A stretch of DNA of 62,362 bases, counting the filler. It is 3 parts of 3 records of this genome, joined end to end, with 100 filler letters (N's around TTAATTAATTAA, not from the genome) between each part and the next. Parts side by side here need not be neighbours in the genome. Positions count along the whole stretch, not along the records: positions 1 to 31,725 come from DRR723986_3058; 2 more parts are not named here. The stretch is one strand, 5' to 3'. The translations under genes and the position numbers were made by a program. Shown here one piece after another: positions 11,800-21,538 of this stretch (positions within the stretch are counted from its first letter, which is position 1; each line of letters begins with the position of its first letter). Below the pieces are notes generated by a model, which saw nothing but the letters and a program-made list of their open reading frames with translations, was not told where the DNA came from and ran no database searches.

Positions 11800-13170
11800 T
11801 TATAGCTGTAAGCGCTGATACAAGCCTAGTGAAAGCAGACAAAGCAGCGCTGGCGGCGCAATATACCGCAACATGCGCAACCAAAGCCAAAAAAAGCCCC
11901 GCTCCAGCCAGTGATCCCGGCCACCGTACACATTCTTGGGTACCCGCCACGCCGCAAATAGCACAAAACAGAGCGCGCACATCGGCAGCAGAATATTCGC
12001 GACCGCGATATCCAGCCACTCCATCGCCGTTCGCGAGAACCACTGCAGCGGTGACGCCACCTGCAGCGATGCCAGGGAAAGCTCACCCACCGCAAACACC
12101 GACAAACCCACCGCAACCGCCGCCACCCAGCGCGGCAACGCCCAGCGCTCAACCAAATAGGCCACTACGGGCTCAAATAGCGCGACAACCGTCGTCAGCA
12201 CCAAAATGCTCAACAACACATACAAGCCGGTACCGGCAATATCGCCAAAGGCCAGGTTGCCAAAGCTGTAAGGCAGGCTAATAAACAGCAATGCTGGCCC
12301 CTGGCCCGCCACAATATGCTGGTCACTGACCAGAGCGATTAAGATCAGCCCGCCGAGCAGCATCGCCAAGGTGTCGATAACAGCTAAGGCAAACAACTGG
12401 CGCGTAATGGAGCGCCCGGACGGGAAATACGCACCGTAAGCCATGAGCGCCGCCGTGCCTAAACCGAGGGCATAAAACGCCTGCTGCAGGGCAGACAGCA
12501 GCGCCTGCCAGGAAAAGTCTCCCGGGCGGAAATCAAACAACGCACGCCACGCCGCGCCGTAATCCCCCAGCTCATAACTGAAATACAGCAAGCTGAGCAT
12601 GACCAATAACAACACCGGCAACAGAATACGCAGCACCATGGCCATGCCACGGTTAACACTGATCGACGACAGCAACACCGCCAGCGCCACAAAAAAACCG
12701 TGCGCGCCGCGCGCCTCCTCGGGACTGGTCAGCAGCCGCTGGAATTCGCCGGCGATGGTATCGAGGCTCGCCGCCTCCATCACCCCTGACGACATTTTCA
12801 TTATGTAGGTCAGCAACCAACTGGCAACAACCCCCAGGTTTGCCGCTAACAACAGCGCCGTTAGCGCCGCCAGCTGGGTGACCAAGGACCAGTGGCGAAA
12901 CGCGCCAGAGAAATGGGCGATTTGATCCACCGCGTGAATGGGGTTGGCGCGGGCGCGCACGGCGATACGCACTTCGGCGATAGCCACCGGCAACACCACC
13001 AGCAACAAGAAGACGAGGTAAGCCACCAGGTATACCGCGCCACCATTGGCGGCGAGCTGTTGGGGAGCCTTCCAAAAGTTACCCAAACTCACAACAAGGC
13101 CGGTCGCGGCCGCTAGAAATGTCCAGCGACTTGACCAGATACCCTGAACTTTATTCTTCTTGAGGGCCAT
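11800..13170 (-). CDS. Sodium-dependent transporter, NSS/SNF family (divergent)
   Basis: WSSRWTF, LGN.W, NGG, QAFYALGLG...YGAY and GPALLF.SLP motifs; many TM segments. Confidence 0.85.
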   Translation of the reverse strand: MALKKNKVQGIWSSRWTFLAAATGLVVSLGNFWKAPQQLAANGGAVYLVAYLVFLLLVVLPVAIAEVRIAVRARANPIHAVDQIAHFSGAFRHWSLVTQLAALTALLLAANLGVVASWLLTYIMKMSSGVMEAASLDTIAGEFQRLLTSPEEARGAHGFFVALAVLLSSISVNRGMAMVLRILLPVLLLVMLSLLYFSYELGDYGAAWRALFDFRPGDFSWQALLSALQQAFYALGLGTAALMAYGAYFPSGRSITRQLFALAVIDTLAMLLGGLILIALVSDQHIVAGQGPALLFISLPYSFGNLAFGDIAGTGLYVLLSILVLTTVVALFEPVVAYLVERWALPRWVAAVAVGLSVFAVGELSLASLQVASPLQWFSRTAMEWLDIAVANILLPMCALCFVLFAAWRVPKNVYGGRDHWLERGFFWLWLRMLRYIAPPALLCLLSLGLYQRLQL

Positions 13171-13256
13171 ATACCGCCGGCGAAAGTCATCAAAGCAGCG
13201 CTATTTTTACCTTAGCGCCATAGGTTTTGCCAGCGAGTCACTCTATAATCGCCGCC

Positions 13257-13736
13257 ATGAGCAAAAAGAAACCCAAGAACACTAGCAGCACGATCGCCCT
13301 GAATAAGAAGGCGAAGCACGACTACCACCTCACTGAAAAATTTGAGGCGGGCTTGGCGCTGCAAGGCTGGGAAGTGAAGAGTCTGCGCCAGGGCAAAGTG
13401 CAGATCACCGACACCTATGTGCTGCTAAAAGACGGTGAAGCGTTTCTGCTCGGCGGCAATATTACCCCACTACTCAGTGCCTCCACCCATTTTGTGACTG
13501 ACCCCGGCCGCACGCGCAAACTATTGCTTCACAGCAGAGAACTGCGCAGACTGGAGGAAGCGACCCAGCAAAAGGGCTACACCTGCGTGTGTACCGCCCT
13601 GTACTGGAAAAAGCATTTGATAAAGGCGGAGATCGCCCTGGCCAAGGGTAAGAAAGATCACGACAAGCGCGAAACTGAAAAGAATCGCGACTGGGACCGC
13701 CAGAAACAGCGCATACTGCGCCAACACAATTCGTGA
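13257..13736 (+). CDS. smpB: SsrA-binding protein
   Basis: [31 protein letters not shown] and GKK.HDKR motifs; ATG at 13257. Confidence 0.98.
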   Translation: MSKKKPKNTSSTIALNKKAKHDYHLTEKFEAGLALQGWEVKSLRQGKVQITDTYVLLKDGEAFLLGGNITPLLSASTHFVTDPGRTRKLLLHSRELRRLEEATQQKGYTCVCTALYWKKHLIKAEIALAKGKKDHDKRETEKNRDWDRQKQRILRQHNS

Positions 13737-13755
13737 GTGACACACGCCCGAGCCG

Positions 13756-14253
13756 ATGAAAACTCTCTACTTGTTAAGGCATGCCAAATCCAGCTGGGAT
13801 GACGACCAGCTCAACGATGCCGAGCGCCCGCTGACCCGCCGCGGGAAACGAGACTGCGGCTTGGTCGCTCACCAATTAGAGCGCAACCATAAAAAGTTTC
13901 CGCAGGTATTTTGCAGCTCCGCCAATCGCTGCCAGGAAACCCTTCAGCGCTTCCGCACCGAATCAGATGTTTTCGACCACGCCGAGATACACATCACCGA
14001 AGACCTCTACACCTTCGACATGCAGCAGCTGCTCACCTGGCTCAAAGAGCTGGGCAACCAGTACGACAACGCCCTGATTATCGGCCACAACCCTGCATTG
14101 TTCGACTTAGTGAATTATCTCTATGACGGCAAACTGGACCAGCTTGGCACCTGCACCTTTGTCGAGCTGGAAATCAACGTTGAGTACTGGGACCAACTGC
14201 GCCCCGACAGCGCCAAGCTGCAAGACCTTATACGCCCCAAACAGCTGCGCTAA
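13756..14253 (+). CDS. sixA: SixA-like histidine phosphatase
   Basis: LLRHAKSSW, RPLT.RG, SSA.R..ET and IGHNP motifs. Confidence 0.88.
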   Translation: MKTLYLLRHAKSSWDDDQLNDAERPLTRRGKRDCGLVAHQLERNHKKFPQVFCSSANRCQETLQRFRTESDVFDHAEIHITEDLYTFDMQQLLTWLKELGNQYDNALIIGHNPALFDLVNYLYDGKLDQLGTCTFVELEINVEYWDQLRPDSAKLQDLIRPKQLR

Positions 14254-14280
14254 GCCGCTGCACCAGGAAGCCATTGCCGC

Positions 14281-14904
14281 ATGAGCGAGCCAGAAGTTCT
14301 CAAGAATATTCGCATCGTTCACGATGTTCTCATCCTCAAGAAAAGCCACAAGCTTATTCGCCGTATGCAGCGCGCACTGGCCCAACCAGAGATTCACGGC
14401 TACCAGGTGTGGGGCTCGTCGTTTTTGATCATGGACTACCTGCTACAACACCCTCCCCGCCGCGGCAGCAAAGTGATGGAAATCGGCTGCGGCTGGGGAA
14501 TACTGGGTATTTTCTGCGCGCAGCAGTTCAAGTCCAAGGTGACAGCCATCGACGCCGACGAGCACGTCTTCCCCTACCTGGATGCCCACGCCCTGCTCAA
14601 TGATGTCAGCATCACTCAGCGCGTGGCCCGCTATGAAGAGCTCACCGCCAACGACATGAAAGGCCAAAAAATGATGTTGGGCGGCGATATTTGTTTCTGG
14701 CCCAAGCTCGTGCAGCCGCTTTTCAACGCCATTGATACCGCTCTGGCCGCTGGCGTAAAAACCATTATTATTGCCGACCCCGGCAGGCCACCTTTCCACA
14801 AGCTCGCACGCAAATGCGAAAAGGCGTTTGGCGCCGAATTGATCGACTGGGAAGTGAGCCACCCCAAAAAGCAGAGCGGCGAATTGCTGGTTATTAAAGC
14901 CTAA
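14281..14904 (+). CDS. Class I SAM-dependent methyltransferase (Methyltransf_16/METTL21-like)
   Basis: G.QVWGSS..IMDYL, MEIGCGWG motif I, GGDICFW and ADPGR. Confidence 0.8.
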   Translation: MSEPEVLKNIRIVHDVLILKKSHKLIRRMQRALAQPEIHGYQVWGSSFLIMDYLLQHPPRRGSKVMEIGCGWGILGIFCAQQFKSKVTAIDADEHVFPYLDAHALLNDVSITQRVARYEELTANDMKGQKMMLGGDICFWPKLVQPLFNAIDTALAAGVKTIIIADPGRPPFHKLARKCEKAFGAELIDWEVSHPKKQSGELLVIKA

Positions 14905-14907
14905 ACG

Positions 14908-17034
14908 TTAGCTGCGCTTCTTCTTAGCTTTTTTGCCTTGCGGGCGCGCTTTATAGTCCAGCTTAGCTAAGCGCGGCAGTTTGCCCGATTCCAGATAACT
15001 ATGTATCTGCAACTGTGAACGCACTCTTGGTGAACTCTTCTTGCGCGGACGAAAGGCGTTAGTTTGGCTAGGGTCAATCACCCGCGCCTTCACATTATCC
15101 GCCCACTGAATATCGATAATGTTCTGTATGCGCTGCTGAAGCTCGGGGCTGTATATCGGGCAAGTGACCTCAACGCGGAAGTCGATATTGCGCGTCATTA
15201 AGTCAGCCGATGAAATATAGTAACGAGGCTTGCCGCTATTGCGGAATATATACACCCGAGGGTGCTCCAAAAAGCCGTCGACAATACTGATGGCTTCTAT
15301 ATTTTCACTCAAGCCCTTCACGCCCGGCACCAGGGAGCACATACCCCGCACAATCAGGCGTATCGGCACACCGGCCTGACTCGCCTCATACAGCTTGTCG
15401 ACCAGTTCCCGATCAACCAGATTATTGCACTTAAGCGTTATGCCACACTCATCGCCGCGCTTGGCCGCATCGATCTCTGCCTGAACATTTTCAATCACTC
15501 TATCGCGGCTATTCAGCGGCGAAACTGCAAGGTGCTGGAAGTTGTGCCGCTTGTAGGTGTAGGCAATAAAGTCAAAGACCTTCGCCACCTCATCGCCAAT
15601 GGCTTGGTCGTAGGTAAGCAGGCTGAAGTCGGTATATACCTCAGCGGTCTTCTCGTTGAAGTTACCGGTTCCCACGTGGCTGTAGTATTTCTGAACGCTG
15701 CCTTCCTGGCGGCTAATAGAGATCAACTTGCTGTGCACCTTCAAGCCCGGCACACCCAAAATGACGTTAACACCACCATCGGTCAGGCGCTGCGACAGCG
15801 CAATATTCGCCTCTTCATCAAAACGCGCCTGCAATTCAACCACCACCGTAACTTCCTTGTGGTTGGCCACCGCATTGAGCAGCGCGTCCACAACATGTGA
15901 GTTGGAGGCAACCCGGTACAGACTGATGCGAATAGACTTAACTGCCGGGTCGATGGCGGCGGTCTTCAGCAAATCGGTCAGGTAGTCAAAGCTGTGATAC
16001 GGATAAAACAGCAGAAGGTCGCGCTCGCGCATGCAGCTGAGAATATTGTCCGCCGCATCAATCTCGGGCACGCGGATTTTCGGCAGCGACTTGCTGTCGA
16101 GGTAGGCCGGCCCCAGATTGGGAAAGCGCATAAAGTCTTTGGAGTTGTGGTACCGCCCGCCGGGAATCATGGAGTCCAAACGGCCCAGCCCCAGGCGGCG
16201 CACAAGATACTCCAACATGTCATTAGGCATTTGCGCATCGTAAACAAAACGCACCGGATCGCCTTTGCGACGACGCTTCAAACTTTGCGTCATTTTCTCC
16301 ACAAAGGTTTGCGTCACTTCCTCGCCAAGCTCCAGCTCCGCATCGCGAGTTAGCTTAATGGTATAGGCCTCTGCCGAGTCCAGCGGGAACACGCCACGAA
16401 AAACCTGCGGCAGGCACACGCGAATCATATTCTCCAGGGCAATTAGCACCTTGCCTTTTTTACCGTTGCGCCCGGGAATGCGCACGAAGCGCTCGATCCG
16501 CGTGGTGGGCACTTCAAGCAAGGCGAAGCGCGTCTGCCCCTGATAGCTCAGCTTAATAGCCAAATAGATCGACGCGTCATTCAACTCCGGCATTGGGTTG
16601 GCTTCGTCCAAGACGATCGGCACCAACTCTTGCTGAATGTTCGCATGGAAATAATTGCGCACATACTCAATCTGAGAATCGTCGAGCTGCTTCTCGTTGA
16701 TAACGTAAATCTTGCGGCGGCGCAGTTCTTTAAGGTTGGCGTTATAGGTCGACTCAAAGCGATGTTGCAGCTTCAACACCTTCTGGCGAATCTCTTCCAA
16801 CAGCTGCTTGTATTCTTCTTGCTTAGAGGGCGTGGAGAACGCGGCCAGACGACGCACATCAGCAACACGAACGCGAAAGAACTCATCCAGGTTGTTGGAA
16901 AAAATACCAAGGTAGCGAATGCGCTGAATAATCGGCACTGACGGATCGGCCGCTTCCTGCAACACGCGATCATTAAACGACAGCCAGCTCAGCTCCTTGG
17001 CTATCCACGCTTTATCGGTGTTCGACTCCGCCAT
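14908..17034 (-). CDS. ppk1: Polyphosphate kinase 1
   Basis: KELSWLSFNDRVLQEA, NLDEFFRVRVA, ARFDEEANI, KVHSK, GTGNFNE and SADLMTRN. Confidence 0.98.
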   Translation of the reverse strand: MAESNTDKAWIAKELSWLSFNDRVLQEAADPSVPIIQRIRYLGIFSNNLDEFFRVRVADVRRLAAFSTPSKQEEYKQLLEEIRQKVLKLQHRFESTYNANLKELRRRKIYVINEKQLDDSQIEYVRNYFHANIQQELVPIVLDEANPMPELNDASIYLAIKLSYQGQTRFALLEVPTTRIERFVRIPGRNGKKGKVLIALENMIRVCLPQVFRGVFPLDSAEAYTIKLTRDAELELGEEVTQTFVEKMTQSLKRRRKGDPVRFVYDAQMPNDMLEYLVRRLGLGRLDSMIPGGRYHNSKDFMRFPNLGPAYLDSKSLPKIRVPEIDAADNILSCMRERDLLLFYPYHSFDYLTDLLKTAAIDPAVKSIRISLYRVASNSHVVDALLNAVANHKEVTVVVELQARFDEEANIALSQRLTDGGVNVILGVPGLKVHSKLISISRQEGSVQKYYSHVGTGNFNEKTAEVYTDFSLLTYDQAIGDEVAKVFDFIAYTYKRHNFQHLAVSPLNSRDRVIENVQAEIDAAKRGDECGITLKCNNLVDRELVDKLYEASQAGVPIRLIVRGMCSLVPGVKGLSENIEAISIVDGFLEHPRVYIFRNSGKPRYYISSADLMTRNIDFRVEVTCPIYSPELQQRIQNIIDIQWADNVKARVIDPSQTNAFRPRKKSSPRVRSQLQIHSYLESGKLPRLAKLDYKARPQGKKAKKKRS

Positions 17035-17175
17035 ATCAGCAACCCTTACCCTTCAATAAAACACAACGTCGCGCGCGAGCTTAGTTGTTATACATGTCAG
17101 CAGTATTACAGTGTACGACGGTCGCAATTACCTTGCACAGGCCTTACACTCAGCCTTCGCATTGGGAATTAATAC

Positions 17176-18684
17176 ATGGCACAAAACACCGATTCTTACG
17201 CTGCGCTGGACCTCGGCTCAAACAGCTTTCACCTTCTGATTGCCAGTTTTCAAGACGACAAACTTCGCATTATCGACCGCCACAAAGATATGGTGCGCCT
17301 TGCCGCGGGCCTAAACGACGACGGCGTACTGAGCGAAGACGCCCAACAGCGCGCCCTCGACAGCCTGGCCAAAGTCGCCAACCGCCTTCGCGGCGTACCG
17401 CGCAGCCAAGTGAGAATAGTCGGCACCAATACCCTGCGCGCCGCCAGCAACGCCGGCAACTTTATGCAGCGTGCCGAAGCCATACTCGGCCTGCCCATCA
17501 ACATTATCTCGGGTACAGAAGAAGCCCGGCTGGTCTATCTTGGCGTGGCCAATGACCTCGCGGTAGAAAAGCAAAAACGCCTGGTTATCGATATTGGCGG
17601 CGGCTCCACCGAGCTTGTTGCCGGCAAGCAAAACCCCAAGCTGCTGGAAAGCCTGCCGATGGGCTGCGTGAGCTACAGCATGCGCTTTTTCAACAACGGC
17701 GACATTAGCGAGAAGGCCTTTAAGCGCGCCGTCAACGCCGCCCGCCAGCTCATTTCCCCCTATGTAGAACAGTACAAAGACCAATGGCAGGAAGTGGTCG
17801 GCTCCTCCGGCACCATACGCGCCATCAGCAAAATTGCCGCCGAAATGGCGCTGTGCGACACCGGGCAAATTACCCGCGACGCCATGCAAGCCATCAAACA
17901 ACAACTACTGAAAGCCAGCCACACCAGCGAACTGCAACTGCCCGGGCTCAGCGACGACCGCCGCGACGTTATCCCCGGCGGCTTTGCCGTGCTCTATGCC
18001 CTGTTCAAAGAAATGGACATACCCGAGCTGCATATCTCCAGCTACGCCGTGCGCGAAGGCATTATTTACGACCTGGCCGGCCGCCTGCACCACAAAGATC
18101 GCCGCGACGAAACCATTCGCCAACTGATCGAGCAGTACCATATCGACCCCCTCCAGGGTGACCGCGTCGCCCAACTGTGCAAACGCTGGCTACCCGCGCT
18201 GGAGCCGCGCATGAACAGCGACTACCAAGAGGCGGAAAAACTACTGGTCTGGGCTGCGCAATTGCATGAACTCGGGCTGGCCATTGCCCACGGCGGCTAT
18301 CACAAGCACGGCGCCTACATACTGAAGAATGCCGACTTGTCGGGCTTTTCCAGACAAGAGCAAGCGCGGCTCAGCATGCTGGTACTCAACCACCGCCGCA
18401 AACCCAAAAGCCTGGGTATTGCCGAATACGGCGTCACGCCCGACTGGGTAATGATCAGCCTACTCCGCCTGGCCTGCCTGTTTTACCGACGCCGCCAGGC
18501 CTTCGAACTCACCCACGACATCACCCTGCAGAGCCCCGAACCCGACCTTATCGAGCTAAACGTGCCCCAAAGCTGGCTGGACGCCAACCCACTCACCGCC
18601 GCCGACCTCTGCGACGAAGCCGAGCTGCTTGCCAAAAGCGTGAACATCCAGCTAAAAATTCAGCCCCAAGACCCCAAGCAATGA
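17176..18684 (+). CDS. ppx: Exopolyphosphatase / pppGpp phosphohydrolase (Ppx/GppA)
   Basis: DLGSNSFH, SG.EEARL, DIGGGSTE, REG and HD-like LHELG...YHKH. Confidence 0.95.
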   Translation: MAQNTDSYAALDLGSNSFHLLIASFQDDKLRIIDRHKDMVRLAAGLNDDGVLSEDAQQRALDSLAKVANRLRGVPRSQVRIVGTNTLRAASNAGNFMQRAEAILGLPINIISGTEEARLVYLGVANDLAVEKQKRLVIDIGGGSTELVAGKQNPKLLESLPMGCVSYSMRFFNNGDISEKAFKRAVNAARQLISPYVEQYKDQWQEVVGSSGTIRAISKIAAEMALCDTGQITRDAMQAIKQQLLKASHTSELQLPGLSDDRRDVIPGGFAVLYALFKEMDIPELHISSYAVREGIIYDLAGRLHHKDRRDETIRQLIEQYHIDPLQGDRVAQLCKRWLPALEPRMNSDYQEAEKLLVWAAQLHELGLAIAHGGYHKHGAYILKNADLSGFSRQEQARLSMLVLNHRRKPKSLGIAEYGVTPDWVMISLLRLACLFYRRRQAFELTHDITLQSPEPDLIELNVPQSWLDANPLTAADLCDEAELLAKSVNIQLKIQPQDPKQ

Positions 18685-18737
18685 ACTTTGCTAGTGCCGC
18701 TGTAGTCGAAGTGGTACGATACGCTATTGCAGATTTC

Positions 18738-19095
18738 GGGGCCGATTTGGATTCGACGCCGGTTACAAAACTCTGTGGTGCATGCCGTGAGGACAGCGAA
18801 TCACGTAAATCCAAAGCTGTTAACTTATAGTTGCCAACGACGACAACTACGCTCTAGCGGCCTAAACCCCGTTAGCGGTTGCTACCGGATGCTTGTAAAC
18901 GGGACGCAACCGTCAGATAGAACAAGCTAGCTGTGACGTTTGTCTGAGACCGATCAGCGAAACCTTTAATCAGAATCGCCAACTACGTCCTGACCGTTGG
19001 GCTGTAAGCGGCTAAATCAATAAACGGAAGCTAAGCATGTAGAGCCCCGAGCGGCGGACTGGCGGACGGGGGTTCAATTCCCCCCGGCTCCACCA
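18738..19095 (+). ncRNA. ssrA: tmRNA (SsrA)
   Basis: 5' GGGGCCGATTTGGATTCGAC; 3' T-arm GGTTCAATTCC...CTCCACCA; tag ORF at 18833-18865 encodes ANDDNYALAA*. Confidence 0.98.
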
Positions 19096-19099
19096 ATTT

Positions 19100-19132
19100 A
19101 AAAAGGCGACCTGATCTCAGGTCGCCTTTTTT
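19100..19132. terminator. Bidirectional intrinsic terminator after ssrA
   Basis: AAAAAGGCGACCTGA-TC-TCAGGTCGCCTTTTTT between convergent ssrA and the DUF4124 gene. Confidence 0.9.
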
Positions 19133-19140
19133 ATGCCTGC

Positions 19141-19536
19141 TCAGCGGCACTCCTTGTAGAATTTATCCGAGTAGTAGCGACGCGAACGCTTCAGGCGATT
19201 CCCTTCATCGCCACGATAGCCATCGCGCATTCTCTTCTCTATACGCTCAATCTCAGCTTCATAGCGCTTACACCTTGCACCACCCTGCGACCGAGGCGTC
19301 TTCTTAATAACGTGGGCGGTACTTCGCGCTTTGGCCGGGCTCTGCCTCGACTTCGGTACAGGCGTAGCCGGCACCACATGAACGGGCGGGGTATCAATAT
19401 AGCGGCGCGTGTAGGGCAGCCCATTATTTGGCGGTTCATCTGAGAATTGCTTCCGCCCCGCCTCGTCCACCCACTCATACACAGCGGCTTGAGCAAAACC
19501 CGCCATTAAGACCACCGCTATCCATAGCCACTTCAT
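19141..19536 (-). CDS. DUF4124 domain-containing secreted protein
   Basis: Signal peptide then VYEWVDEAGRKQFSDEPP; C-terminal Cys pair. Confidence 0.8.
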   Translation of the reverse strand: MKWLWIAVVLMAGFAQAAVYEWVDEAGRKQFSDEPPNNGLPYTRRYIDTPPVHVVPATPVPKSRQSPAKARSTAHVIKKTPRSQGGARCKRYEAEIERIEKRMRDGYRGDEGNRLKRSRRYYSDKFYKECR

Positions 19537-19635
19537 TTCGCCTCCCTACGAACCGTCGCCAACTATTGCAGGCATAGTAGCGACTCAACACCGACGATAC
19601 ACCCATAAAAACGACAAGCGGCTTAGTATTGGGCG

Positions 19636-19878
19636 AGGTTTCGCTCCTTGGGATGCCTTGAGTTAATATGGGAAAACGCCTCCATTGAAGGAGGCAATGC
19701 CATTATCAAGGAAGCGCTCGTACATGGAAGACTTAAAGAACTTAAGACCTCATCAAACAAACGGAAAATCCAACCTAATCCAAAAGCTATCGGGTCGCCT
19801 AAGCAGCATTTCAATGCTCTGCTAAAGGCCAATTCATGTTTACCGACCCCAAGTTTGAGCAACTCTAAGCTCTTTTGA
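19636..19878 (+). pseudogene. Degraded tyrosine recombinase (phage integrase) fragment
   Basis: FRSLGCLELIWENASIEGGNAIIKEALVHGRLKELKTSSNKRKIQPNPKAI resembles integrase box I (GLRxxELxxLxWxDID) plus the KT..R catalytic-Lys loop; a shifted frame gives FTDP. No full gene is present. Confidence 0.55.
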
Positions 19879-20013
19879 AAAGCGAAAATTAACCCAACCT
19901 AACAAGAAATAACCGCGGTATATTTCAGCTCTGCAAATTGTAGGGTACGCCAGATTCACTAATACTAAAGAACCCCTAGGTTAGCTAGCGATCGGGAATT
20001 ATGAGGACAGCAC

Positions 20014-21419
20014 ATGGTCGATGGATCAACCAAAACGAAATGCCACTGGAGCAATGATTGCCTGAACCGACAAGAGGAAGCCAGGCTCCTCTACCTTCAT
20101 TTAATGCGAATCTACGACCACGGACAAAGAAAGTCACTAACACTGAATATCAATGCGCCATGGGGCTTCGGAAAAACCTATTTCTTAGAAGGGCTATCCA
20201 AAGATTTAGGTGCGAAAAAGCATAAAACGGTCTTTTTCAATGCCTGGGAGAATGACTATTCTGAAGATGCCCTTGTCTCACTTATTATCGAGATAGGAAT
20301 TCAGGCTTTCGAAAGAGACCCAGAATTTTTAAAGAAGTTAAAATTTGCTATTGGAAAAATAATTACTACCGGAAGCAGAATTGCAGAATCAACTGGCGAC
20401 CCACAGGCCATCATTGCATCCCATTTCGCCAGTGAAATATCTAGCTCTGTATTAAAAGACGAAAAAGAGCCCCATAAACTAGGCGACGCTGCTTATCTAA
20501 AGCACGAGAAACGAAAAAAGCCATTTACGACTTTAAAAAAGCACTCAACAAGGCGGCGGAAAAACTCGACCATCCCCAACGCCCTCCCATATTTTTTTTA
20601 ATCGATGAGCTCGACAGATGCCGCCCGACTTACGCCATTGAGATACTTGAAAGCATAAAGCACCTAGTCGGCGTTCGGGGAATTTTTTTTATTATCGCTA
20701 CTGACACAGAGCAGTTGTCACATACTGTAAAAGCCGTCTACGGACAAAGCTTCGATTCAACAAAGTACTTAAACCGCTTTTTTGACGAATTTTACCTTCT
20801 TAGAAAACCGACAAACCTAGAATTTATTGAGAAAAACATCGAAGAAACCAACCAGGTGTCCTTAACTGAGTCAGTCTTAACACGAAAAGAAGATGACAAA
20901 AAATACCACGCCATACTACTTGAAAAGGTTTTCTCTTCGTTTAACTTTTCTCTTCGCGATATTGAGCAATGTCTATTCAAATACCACACCATTGCTAGAG
21001 ACAAGCCTCAAGGCTTTCAAATATACCCAATTTTAGTCAGTTACATGATTTCTCTGAAACACTATAACCAAGCCGCCTACTCTATAATTATCGAGCACAA
21101 AAAGTTCAGTGAAATTTCAGAGTTACATAATGACCCAAAGAACAACCTCGAAAATCATATAACCTCCATCTTCACGTCAGGCAACAATAGGAGAATTGGA
21201 AGTGACCATGTACCTACGTATAAAATCGTCCAGAGATACATTGAACTGATTACGATGTCCCGCGATGATTTTGACAGTCAAATATTCAGCACACAAAGCA
21301 CATTGCTACATGATTCTATTACGGATGAAATAAAGAATTTAGGCACTAAACGCGATTGCATACTCGATAATTATCGATCTATGATCGAGCGCGCAGGGCT
21401 TTTCAATGACACGATCTGA
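20014..21419 (+). CDS. KAP family P-loop NTPase, split by a -1 frame change near 20514-20520 (programmed frameshift, pseudogene or sequencing indel)
   Basis: Frame 0 has Walker A NAPWGFGKT and FNAWENDY. The -1 frame has Walker B FFLIDELDRCRP, IKHL, ATD.EQL and YLNRFFD, and is continuous with ORF 20715-21419. Confidence 0.85.
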
Positions 21420-21486
21420 GCACAACATTCATTAACAAGATGACTCTTCGATGAGTTCTGGAGGCTCAACCCAGCCCCCAGCCAAT

Positions 21487-21519
21487 AAAAAAGGCCAACC
21501 CATCTGGGTTGGCCTTTTT
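21487..21519. terminator. Bidirectional intrinsic terminator between the KAP gene and nhaD
   Basis: AAAAAAGGCCAACCCA-TC-TGGGTTGGCCTTTTT. Confidence 0.9.
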
Positions 21520-21538
21520 GTTTTAGCACCCGCTCAAC

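Noticed and set aside
19623-19862. 79-aa minus-strand ORF in the island
   Set aside because: No recognisable features; the plus strand explains the region better as an integrase relic.
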